Shown: positions 10,732 through 18,541 of the stretch, piece by piece
Layout: every line of letters starts with the position of its first letter
How positions within the stretch are numbered: the stretch's first letter is position 1
Origin: an uncultured Phycisphaerales bacterium
GTDB lineage: Bacteria > Planctomycetota > Phycisphaerae > Tepidisphaerales > Tepidisphaeraceae
Direction: 5' to 3'
Assembly (NCBI GenBank): GCA_963844715.1
Contig: CAWJPJ010000006.1
Location: 544,001 to 608,000 of the forward strand
DNA length: 64,000 bases
The notes under the pieces: model-generated
What the model was told of the DNA's origin: nothing
The model's input: the letters and a program-made list of their open reading frames with translations, nothing else
Database searches by the model: none
Translations under genes and position numbers: made by a program

Positions 10732-11196
10732 ATGAGGACCTACTTGGGCGCCGCTATCGCGTGTCTCACGCTGATGCTGACCGGCATCGCCCGCGCGGAC
10801 CACTTTTCAGATTTCAATTCCCAGTGCAACGCGCGGAATAAATCGGTCTTCCTGGACTACCAGGTCTGCTCGGACGACCTCAACAATCATCAGGGCAACA
10901 ACGGAAAAAACGACAACCAGGGAGGGAACGGCGATTGCAATAACGGCGGAAACAACAGCGACCCGGGCAACAACATCTGCCCGCCCCCCGTCGATAACGG
11001 CGGCGGTTGCGATACGGACAACAACAACGGCTGCGGCGACAACCATGGGTGCGACCCCAAGCCCCCGTGCCCGCCCCCGTGCCCGCACGATCCCGCGGTG
11101 GTTCCTTTGCCGGCGTCGTCAGCGCTGGGTGGGGTTGGCCTCGCTGCCCTGGCTCTCATCGGCTGGGTCAAGTCTCGCCGCGTGGCCCGAGCCTAA
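10732..11196 (+). CDS. VPLPA-CTERM sorted protein, rich in Cys/Asn/Gly/Pro
   Basis: Signal peptide ending ARA; C-terminal VPLPASSALGG + TM + KSRR; terminator follows. Confidence 0.8.
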   Translation: MRTYLGAAIACLTLMLTGIARADHFSDFNSQCNARNKSVFLDYQVCSDDLNNHQGNNGKNDNQGGNGDCNNGGNNSDPGNNICPPPVDNGGGCDTDNNNGCGDNHGCDPKPPCPPPCPHDPAVVPLPASSALGGVGLAALALIGWVKSRRVARA

Positions 11197-11229
11197 GTAA
11201 CGATTCTTGATCGAGTCCCACACCGACTC

Positions 11230-11264
11230 GAGCCGGAAGGCACCCGCCTTCCGGCTCTTTTTTT
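11230..11264 (+). terminator. Rho-independent terminator
   Basis: gagccggaagg-cacccg-ccttccggctc followed by T7. Confidence 0.85.
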
Positions 11265-11307
11265 GCGCAAGGAATGGTGCCGGCGGGAAGCGAATTATTC
11301 AAAATCG

Positions 11308-11414
11308 TTGGCACAGAGGACACGGAGGCCACAGAGGACACAGAGAAAGAATAAATTTAGTTTGATTGTTTTTTCTCTCTGTGCCCTCTGTGGTCTCTGC
11401 GGGCTCTGTGCCAA
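11308..11414. repeat. Nonamer (CACAGAGGN) inverted-repeat element, copy 1
   Basis: ttggcacagaggacacggaggccacagaggacacagagaaa - AT-rich loop - tctctgtgccctctgtggtctctgcgggctctgtgccaa. Confidence 0.85.
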
Positions 11415-11419
11415 TGTTT

Positions 11420-12334
11420 TTAAGAACTACCGATCCCCGACATGCGTACCAACACCTCATGTTCCGTGGTCCCCCAATCGGCGGCGATCTGTGCTTCTGT
11501 CAATCCATCCCCCAACAGCACCACTTCATCCCCAGCCGAATCGCCCGGGCCAGTTTCCGCGAACGCTGTCTGCATTCCCACTTCCAGAATCCGACGCCAT
11601 GCGCCGTTAATCAAGCACGGTCCCTTTCGAATTCCGTGCAGATATCCGCAGGGAATGACGCCGAAGTGCGGAACGTTAAACCCGCTATAACCGGCGGGCT
11701 TCCCGCCGGAATGTGTCTCCAATAAACGAGTCGAGACGCGGGCCGCGCCACGATATAGCGCGATCCCCGGGCGAACGGCATCCAGCCGCGCAGCGGGATC
11801 ATCCAGGAGCGCTGATCCCGCCGCGTGTAACTTCAGCCCTCGCCCTCCGAGCAATTTCTTAAGCTCCAACGCCTGCTCCCGATTTATCGCATGCGTAAGC
11901 GCCTCATCGCATCCTCCTGCCGCTAGGACTGCTTCGATGTTCTCCGCCGGACACGCAAACCGTCTCATCCCGGTATCGACGCAAAGAACCGGATGCGCAG
12001 ACCTCAGTCTCTTTGCCTCCCCCGCCGTCCAAACCGAAGGCCGCACACCCGCCGCGATAAATTCTCCCGGCTCGACATCCGGATGCGGACCCAGCGCCAA
12101 AATCCGCTTCGACGTAATTCCACTCAGCCCCGCGCCGATGGCTTCGGCCAAACCGAAAACCACAAACCCCTCAACTACATCCGCCAGCGCCCCCGCCACT
12201 TCGCGCGCTCCCAGTCCGTATGCATCGGCTTTGACGACCGCCAGAACCCCCACGCCGCAGCGGCTGCGGATTTCCTCGGCCGATCGTCTGATCCGGCCTA
12301 AATCCACCGTCACCGTGACTCGCTGCGATTTCAC
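11420..12334 (-). CDS. alr: Alanine racemase (short form)
   Basis: PLP lysine motif AVVKADAYGLG; VDTGMRR; VRPGIALY; AGYSG. Confidence 0.88.
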   Translation of the reverse strand: MKSQRVTVTVDLGRIRRSAEEIRSRCGVGVLAVVKADAYGLGAREVAGALADVVEGFVVFGLAEAIGAGLSGITSKRILALGPHPDVEPGEFIAAGVRPSVWTAGEAKRLRSAHPVLCVDTGMRRFACPAENIEAVLAAGGCDEALTHAINREQALELKKLLGGRGLKLHAAGSALLDDPAARLDAVRPGIALYRGAARVSTRLLETHSGGKPAGYSGFNVPHFGVIPCGYLHGIRKGPCLINGAWRRILEVGMQTAFAETGPGDSAGDEVVLLGDGLTEAQIAADWGTTEHEVLVRMSGIGSS

Positions 12335-13602
12335 GATTTCAACGCCTGATGCCCAATGTCCTTGCGGAAGTGCATGCCCTCGAAATGAATTTTTTCCATA
12401 GCCGTGTAAGCGCGCTGCCGCGCGTCAAGAATATCGCGGCCGATCGCGGTGACCCCCAGCACGCGCCCGCCGTCCGTTACCACACGTCCGCCGACTGATC
12501 GCGTCCCGCTGTGGAAGACTTTCACGTCCGGCATCGCGTCCGCATCGTCCAATCCTTCGATCGGCACGCCGGTTTTGTATTGACCCGGATATCCCTTGCT
12601 CGAAGCGATGACGCAAATGGAGGGCCGCCGATCCCAGCGCAGCTCCACTTGATCCAACCGATTTTCCGCCACGGCGACCATCACTTCCGCCAGGTCCGAC
12701 TGCAATCGCATCATCAGCGGCTGGGTCTCCGGATCGCCAAACCGGCAATTGAATTCCAAAACCTTCGGCCCGCTCGGCGTCAGCATCAACCCCGCGTACA
12801 AACACCCGCTGTATTCGATCCCCTCGCGCAAAAGCCCATCCACGGCCGGGACGAAAATATCCTTCTCCACCTGCGCCAAAAGCTGCGGAGACATCACCGG
12901 CGTCGGAGAATACGCCCCCATCCCCCCCGTCATCGGCCCCGTATCCCCATCATCAATCGGCTTGTGATCCTGGGCCGGCTCCATGATGTAAATCGTCCGC
13001 TTGCAGACCAGCGCAAGCACCGAACATTCCGGCCCCTGCAAAAACTCCTCAATGAGAATCCGCGACCCCGCATCCCCGAATACCCGCTCCCGCATGATCT
13101 GATTGATCGTCTCCAGCGCATCAGCCGTTCGATAACAGATCGAAACGCCCTTCCCTTTCGCCAAACCGGCCGCCTTGACCACAACCGGCTCCTGCCGCGT
13201 GCTCACGTATTCCTCCGCCGCCAGCGGGTCCGTAAAACTGCGCGACTCGGCGGTGGGAATCGCCTGCTGCCGAAGGATTTCCTTGGCGAACCATTTGTCG
13301 GCTTCAATCTGCGCCGCGGCTTTGCTGGGCCCGAAGACACGCGCCCCCGTATTCACGAGCCGGTCCGTCAGCCCCATGGCCAGGGGATCTTCCGGGCCAA
13401 TGACGACCAGTTCGATGAGATTCTGGCGAACGAATCTTTCGATCTTATCGAAATCGGTGACCGCAATCGGAACCAGGTCCGCGACATCCGCGATCCCCGG
13501 GTTCCCCGGCGCACAATAAAGTTCCGTAACTCGCGGCGAAGCCGCCAGTTTCCAAGCCAACGCGTGCTCACGACCGCCGCTGCCGATGACCAATACTTTC
13601 AT
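12331..13602 (-). CDS. purD: Phosphoribosylamine--glycine ligase
   Basis: GSGGREHAL; GLAKGKGV; TGGMGAYSP; EFNCRFGDPETQ. Confidence 0.98.
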   Translation of the reverse strand: MKVLVIGSGGREHALAWKLAASPRVTELYCAPGNPGIADVADLVPIAVTDFDKIERFVRQNLIELVVIGPEDPLAMGLTDRLVNTGARVFGPSKAAAQIEADKWFAKEILRQQAIPTAESRSFTDPLAAEEYVSTRQEPVVVKAAGLAKGKGVSICYRTADALETINQIMRERVFGDAGSRILIEEFLQGPECSVLALVCKRTIYIMEPAQDHKPIDDGDTGPMTGGMGAYSPTPVMSPQLLAQVEKDIFVPAVDGLLREGIEYSGCLYAGLMLTPSGPKVLEFNCRFGDPETQPLMMRLQSDLAEVMVAVAENRLDQVELRWDRRPSICVIASSKGYPGQYKTGVPIEGLDDADAMPDVKVFHSGTRSVGGRVVTDGGRVLGVTAIGRDILDARQRAYTAMEKIHFEGMHFRKDIGHQALKS

Positions 13603-13688
13603 GCCCTGAGCTTCCCAATTAAATGTGACGAGCAGAGAGTAACAGCCTATTTGCGCAAGGCAAGGAGTCGCTCACTCGCTCAAAATCC

Positions 13689-13817
13689 TTGGCACAGAGG
13701 GCATAGAGATCGCAGAGGGCACAGAGAAAGATAAGGTAAACGAAAACGCAAAACCAAAGCAATTAACAAAACGCATTTTCTCTGTGCCCTCCATGTCCTC
13801 CTTGTCCTATGTGCCAA
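13689..13817. repeat. Nonamer inverted-repeat element, copy 2
   Basis: ttggcacagagggcatagagatcgcagagggcacagagaaa - A-rich loop - ttttctctgtgccctccatgtcctccttgtcctatgtgccaa. Confidence 0.85.
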
Positions 13818-13915
13818 TGCTTTTTTGGCGAGCGCACAAGCCGCTCTCGGCGGCAATCGAGGGCAAATCGCGATCGAGACTTGCTTCCCCCCTCCCCACA
13901 CGCGACGATTCCGCC

Positions 13916-14776
13916 ATGCCCGCGCCGGCCATCAATATCCTCCACATCACCACCAACGAACACACCGCAATCTTCGACGACCTCCTCGAACTCCTCACCG
14001 ACACGCTCGAGCAACTCGGCCATGCCGTGCAGCGGACGACAACTCATTTCGACCGCAGCCGCATCAACATCCTCGTCGGCCACACGGCCGCTCTCGAAAA
14101 AGAAGCCTACGACTCCATCCGGAGCAGCGGCGCGAAATACATCATCTTCCAAATGGAGACCCTCACCGACCGCCCCGGCATCCCGCGCCCGTCGCAGGCT
14201 TATCTCGACGTCCTGTCCCATGCCAACCAAGTCTGGGATTATTCGAAAAACAACCTGGCGTTCCTGGCCGCCCGCGGCTGCCGCGATTTGCAATTTATTC
14301 CCCTGGGCTATTCCCGCCGCCTCGAACGAATCGCGCATGCGGAACAAAAAGACATGGACGTCCTCTTCTACGGCGCCGGCAACGCACGCCGATTGAAAAT
14401 CGTCGATGCCCTCCGCGCCCGCGGCTTGCGCGTCGACGCCTTCTTCAAAGCCTACGGCTCCGCCCGCGACCAGGCCATCGCGCGAGCCAGGATCGTTCTC
14501 AATCTGCACAAGTTCGACCATTCAGAATTGGAACAGGTGCGCATTTCGTACCTGTTGAACAATCGCGTTTTCGTCATTTCCGAATCAGCCGAGGGAAACC
14601 CCTGGGGGGATGGCGTCGTCTTCAGCGACTACGACAAAATCGTCGATTGCTGCGTCGAATCTGCCCAGCCCGGCAAAGACGCCGCCCGCGTAGAAATCGC
14701 AACAAAGGGCTATGAGGCCCTAAAATCATTGCCGATCGGCGCGAGCCTCGAGGCCGCGCTCGCAAGGATCCAGTGA
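13916..14776 (+). CDS. Glycosyltransferase-like (GT-B) hypothetical protein
   Basis: VWDYS; DVLFYG; ARIVLNLH; EQVRISYLL-x4-FVISE. Confidence 0.65.
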   Translation: MPAPAINILHITTNEHTAIFDDLLELLTDTLEQLGHAVQRTTTHFDRSRINILVGHTAALEKEAYDSIRSSGAKYIIFQMETLTDRPGIPRPSQAYLDVLSHANQVWDYSKNNLAFLAARGCRDLQFIPLGYSRRLERIAHAEQKDMDVLFYGAGNARRLKIVDALRARGLRVDAFFKAYGSARDQAIARARIVLNLHKFDHSELEQVRISYLLNNRVFVISESAEGNPWGDGVVFSDYDKIVDCCVESAQPGKDAARVEIATKGYEALKSLPIGASLEAALARIQ

Positions 14777-14779
14777 GAT

Positions 14780-14808
14780 TTGACGCGACCGACGGAGGGA
14801 AGTAGCCT
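14780..14808 (+). promoter_or_regulatory. Sigma70-type promoter for the tRNA locus
   Basis: TTGACG-17 nt-TAGCCT, 20 nt upstream of the first tRNA-like 5' half. Confidence 0.55.
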
Positions 14809-14827
14809 GCTCATCCGGAAGTTTTTC

Positions 14828-14877
14828 CGGGGCGTGGCGCAGTTTGGTTTAGCGCGGTCGCTGCGGCGACAGGCCGC
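14828..14877 (+). pseudogene. tRNA-Pro 5'-half duplicate with anticodon arm replaced by hairpin gtcgctgcggcgac
   Basis: cggggcgtggcgcagtttggttta is identical to the start of the intact tRNA at 14916; T arm and 3' acceptor strand are absent. Confidence 0.8.
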
Positions 14878-14915
14878 TTTTCCGCAGGAGGCTCAGTTCG
14901 TTGTGACTTTATTTC

Positions 14916-14992
14916 CGGGGCGTGGCGCAGTTTGGTTTACGCGCGCTTGACTGGGGGTCAAGAGGTCGCAGGTTCGAATCCTGTCGCCCCGA
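14916..14992 (+). tRNA. tRNA-Pro (GGG)
   Basis: Acceptor CGGGGCG/CGCCCCG; D stem GCGC/GCGC; anticodon arm CTTGA-CTGGGGG-TCAAG; T arm GCAGG-TTCGAAT-CCTGT; CCA not encoded. Confidence 0.95.
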
Positions 14993-14993
14993 T

Positions 14994-15233
14994 TTGTTTC
15001 ACCTATACGTCTTGCGAAGCCAGAAAACCGGCCGCAGATATGTCGGCTCGTGCGAGGACATCATCAACCGCCTTGATCAGCACAACCGTGGCGAGTCCAA
15101 ATCCACCAGACACGGCGTGCCCTGGAAATTGATCCACCACGAAGAATATGCGACCCGAGCGCAGGCAACGCAGCGAGAACGATATTTCAAAACTGGAAAG
15201 GGCCGAGAGGAACTCGACCACCTCAAGGTTTAG
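14994..15233 (+). CDS. Small stand-alone GIY-YIG nuclease, copy 1 (79 aa, TTG start)
   Basis: LYVLRS...YVGS; RLDQHNRG; STR-x3-PW; A-x2-RERYFKTGKGR. Confidence 0.85.
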   Translation: MFHLYVLRSQKTGRRYVGSCEDIINRLDQHNRGESKSTRHGVPWKLIHHEEYATRAQATQRERYFKTGKGREELDHLKV

Positions 15234-15282
15234 CGCGGTCGCCGCGGCGACAGGTCGCAGGTTCGAATCCTGTCGCCCCGAT

Positions 15283-15522
15283 TTGTTTCACCTATACGTC
15301 TTGCGAAGCCAGAAAACCGGCCGCAGATATGTCGGCTCGTGCGAGGACATCATCAACCGCCTTGATCAGCACAACCGTGGCGAGTCCAAATCCACCAGAC
15401 ACGGCGTGCCCTGGAAATTGATCCACCACGAAGAATATGCGACCCGAGCGCAGGCAACGCAGCGAGAACGATATTTCAAAACTGGAAAGGGCCGAGAGGA
15501 ACTCGACCACCTCAAGGTTTAG
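15283..15522 (+). CDS. Small GIY-YIG nuclease, copy 2
   Basis: Translation identical to copy 1. Confidence 0.85.
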   Translation: MFHLYVLRSQKTGRRYVGSCEDIINRLDQHNRGESKSTRHGVPWKLIHHEEYATRAQATQRERYFKTGKGREELDHLKV

Positions 15523-15571
15523 CGCGGTCGCCGCGGCGACAGGTCGCAGGTTCGAATCCTGTCGCCCCGAT

Positions 15572-15745
15572 TTGTTTCACGTATACGTCTTGCGAAGCCA
15601 GATAACTGGCGGCCGATACGTCGGGTTCTTGCGAGGACTACGCCGCCCGCCTTGATCAGCACAACCGAGGCGAATCCAAGTCGACCAGACATGGCGCGCC
15701 CTGGAAATTGGTCTACCAGGACGAATATACGACCCGGCCAGCGCG
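15572..15745 (+). pseudogene. GIY-YIG copy 3: diverged, frameshifted, truncated
   Basis: FHVYVLRSQITGGRYVG, then +1 shift, then RLDQHNRGESKSTRHGAPWKLVYQDEY; ends at the stop of the convergent gene. Confidence 0.85.
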
Positions 15746-16768
15746 TCAGAATCCGCTCAAAGTTACTTTCCCGATTGCCTTGCCGCTCTCCGATATGGCG
15801 TGGGCCTTCTTCAGGTTTTCGACATTGATGGGGCTGAGTGTCTGCGTCTGCGTGGAGCGCACTTCGCCTCGGTCAACCAGGTCTGAGACGCGAGTGAGCA
15901 GTCGTCCTTGCTCGGCCATATCCGGTGTCTGCCACATCGAGCGGGCGAACATGAACTCCCAGTGAAGCGATGCCGATTTTCGCTTTAGCGGCACTACGTC
16001 CAGCGATTCCGGATCATCGATCAGTCCAACCTTTCCCTGCGGAGCCAGAACTTCGATCAATTGCGGAAAGTTCCGTGCGGTCGCCGTCAGGCTGGCGATA
16101 TATTTCACCGGAGGGGCGGCCAGCGCCTTCACCTGGTCGGCCAGCGGTTTGGTGTGATCGACCACATGGTGGGCGCCCATTTCAGTCACCCATCGCACCG
16201 TTTCCGGCCGCGATGCAGTTGCGATGACGGTCAGCCCCGTGAGCCGCCGCGCCAGTTGCAAAAGGATTGATCCCACGCCGCCCGCGGCTCCGCTGACCAG
16301 CAAAGACGCGCCGCTGTCGCCCTCGCGAACCCCAAATCGATCGAACAATAACTCCCAGGCGGTGATGCTAGTCAGCGGCAGCGCGGCGGCTTCGGCGAAG
16401 CCGATCGATTTGGGTTTGCGTCCCACCAGCCGTTCGTCCACCGCCTGATATTCCGCATTTGATCCGGGACGATCCAGTTCGCCGGCGTAGTAGACTTCAT
16501 CTCCGACCGAGAACCCACTCACGGCGGCGCCTTTGCCTACGACGACGCCTGCCGCATCCCACCCGAGCACACGCGGCTTCCCCGCGACGGGCGACGCCGA
16601 GCCTTGATGCCGCGCGCCGCGTACTTTCGTATCAACCGGATTCACCGAAACCGCCCGCACCGCAACCAGCAAGTCGCGCGGCCCCGGCTCCGGCCGAGGC
16701 AGATCCATCTCCACCAGCGAATCCTGGACCTCAAGCGGCCCCGGCCGAGTAAAGGCAATCGCTTTCAT
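15746..16768 (-). CDS. Zinc-binding alcohol dehydrogenase family / quinone oxidoreductase (MDR)
   Basis: SVNPVDTK; LGWDAAG; GAAGGVGS; HWEFMF. Confidence 0.93.
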   Translation of the reverse strand: MKAIAFTRPGPLEVQDSLVEMDLPRPEPGPRDLLVAVRAVSVNPVDTKVRGARHQGSASPVAGKPRVLGWDAAGVVVGKGAAVSGFSVGDEVYYAGELDRPGSNAEYQAVDERLVGRKPKSIGFAEAAALPLTSITAWELLFDRFGVREGDSGASLLVSGAAGGVGSILLQLARRLTGLTVIATASRPETVRWVTEMGAHHVVDHTKPLADQVKALAAPPVKYIASLTATARNFPQLIEVLAPQGKVGLIDDPESLDVVPLKRKSASLHWEFMFARSMWQTPDMAEQGRLLTRVSDLVDRGEVRSTQTQTLSPINVENLKKAHAISESGKAIGKVTLSGF

Positions 16769-16945
16769 GCTCTCTCCGGCATTGATCGGCCTCTCAGTAT
16801 AGCCCTAATTCAGGTGTGTGAGTCAAACTATCGGTTTGAGTCCAGAAGTCACGCCCCCTACCCTTCAACGTTTTCCAGGCCTCTTCAACTTCAACGACGC
16901 CCCGTGTTGTTCCCAATACTTCGCAAAATGACCGATTACTGCTCC

Positions 16946-17015
16946 GTCGCCCCGATTTGTATCACTTCCACTTCCCGCGACGCCAGACAACCGGCCGCAT
17001 CGTAGCGCGGGTCGC
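16946..17015 (+). pseudogene. Degenerate fourth tRNA-end/GIY-YIG unit remnant
   Basis: 16946-16999 aligns ungapped to the unit start, 45/54 identical by my count; followed by tagcgcgggtcgc, resembling the unit end. Confidence 0.75.
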
Positions 17016-17028
17016 GTTTTAGTTCGAC

Positions 17029-18432
17029 CTACGCCGCAATAGCCCTAGGCGTATATCCCCCGTGGGCCAGGTAAACCTTCAGAGCCTCGAATACCTCCGG
17101 GCAAATTCCGTCGCCGGCCGTCCGGGTCAGAATGCTCATCACTTCCTCCGAGGTCAGGTCTTTCCGATACGGCCGCTGCGCCGCCAGCGCCTCGAACATA
17201 TCCGCAACGCACAGGATTCGATCCGCAATCGATAACTGATCCGCAACCAATCCACGATGGTATCCCTTCCCATCGAGCCGTTCGTGGTGCGAAGCCGCCA
17301 GCGATGCCAAATCTCGGAACCCCGCCACCTGGTGCAGCAACTGGTACGTATACGCCGGATGCTTTCGCATTTCGACAAACTCTTGCGGCGTCAGCTTCCC
17401 CGGCTTGTCGAGAATCAGATTGGAAATCCCCAGCTTTCCGATGTCATGCAGCAAACCCGCGCGGCGGAGGATTCGATTTTCCGCCGGGCTGAATCCCATC
17501 GTGGCCCCAATGCCCGCCGCGATTTCCGCAACGCCTTCGGAATGCTTGAACGTCCATGGGCTCTTGGCGTCGATCACCTGCGCGAAACCATGAGCGATGC
17601 GATCAAGCGTTGCCGGGTCAGCAGTTAGGGACTGATCTTGCGGTTCAACCGCCGCTATGGCTTGTTTCGGATCTTCGGCGAAAAACGTCACCCAGAATTG
17701 CTCGTCATTTCGGAATGACGTCATCGCCTGCACCAGATTGGGATCGAACCACGTCCCGCTGCGGTTTTTGGCCACTTCGTAAGCGGCATCGATTCCGTCG
17801 GTGCGGGCAAAAACTTCCACCGTCTGCGACAGCCCAAGAATCCGCGCCAGCAGCGGAATCGCCTGGCCGCGCAAACCTTCCGGATGGCCGTGCCCGTCCC
17901 AATGTTCGTCGAGCGATCGAATCGCCCCGGCGGTGGCCTCGGGAAAATGCAGCTCGCGGGCGATCTTCGCCCCGCGCTCGCATCGCAATTCAACCAGCTC
18001 GCGCGCCCTTTTCGGCCCCGCCAGGGCAACCCTCGCAAGCTGCTCCGCTTTTTTCAGAATCGATCCCTCTGGTCTAACCACGCCCGCCGCATACGCGATT
18101 GCCGACGGCATGCTCGACCAGTTAACGGTCTTGATCCCCCCCTTCACTTTGCGATCATCCGCACCAAATAGAAAGCACATTTTCGAAGCGTTGGTCGAAC
18201 ACCCCAGATCTTTCATCAGCAGCGCATAGAAAAGGGCTGAACTTTGATCCGGCGTCAGCTTCAATTCCCGCGCTCAGCGCATCCCGAAACAACAACTTCG
18301 CGCCGCATGCCCCAGCGGCTGCCCCTCGGTCAAATCCAGCGCATACGAAAGCGCCCCGATGACCTCCGAAAATCGGACTTCAACCTTGTCATTTAGGCAT
18401 GCTATTGGGGAGGTGCGCAATAGGGAAGACAT
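17029..18432 (-). CDS. Tandem-HD HD-GYP phosphodiesterase-like protein; in-frame TGA at 18274-18276
   Basis: SEVIGALSYALDLTEGQPLGHAARS lies upstream in the same frame; LHDIGK; HHERLDGKGYH; degenerate first HD domain (MKDLG, DEHWDG). Confidence 0.85.
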
Positions 18433-18541
18433 CGCAGACGTGCATCGACTGAACCCACCGCCGCCATCAATTCGCCGGCCGCTTTTCCCGGCCGGCGAAG
18501 AGTTCAGGCGCCCGTTGACCCCGTCACAGCCGTGCCAGCCG

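Larger units (their letters stand above)
14963..15745 (+). repeat. 289-bp tandem array (about 2.7 units): tRNA 3'-half mimic + GIY-YIG ORF
   Basis: aggtcgcaggttcgaatcctgtcgccccgatttg at 14963, 15252 and 15541. Confidence 0.95.

Noticed and set aside
11420..12334. alr as a pseudogene because it is short (304 aa)
   Set aside because: The frame is intact, with the PLP lysine and the second catalytic Tyr region present; treated as a compact variant
12511..13734. Long antisense ORFs (also 4324..5046, 42616..43479 and others)
   Set aside because: Shadow frames of well-supported genes in high-GC DNA, with no motifs
14922..14993. N-terminal extension of the GIY-YIG ORF through the tRNA
   Set aside because: This is translation of tRNA sequence; the domain starts at TTG 14994 as in the other copies
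14963..15745. CRISPR array
   Set aside because: The repeats are tRNA fragments, the intervening sequences are near-identical coding units, and there are no cas genes
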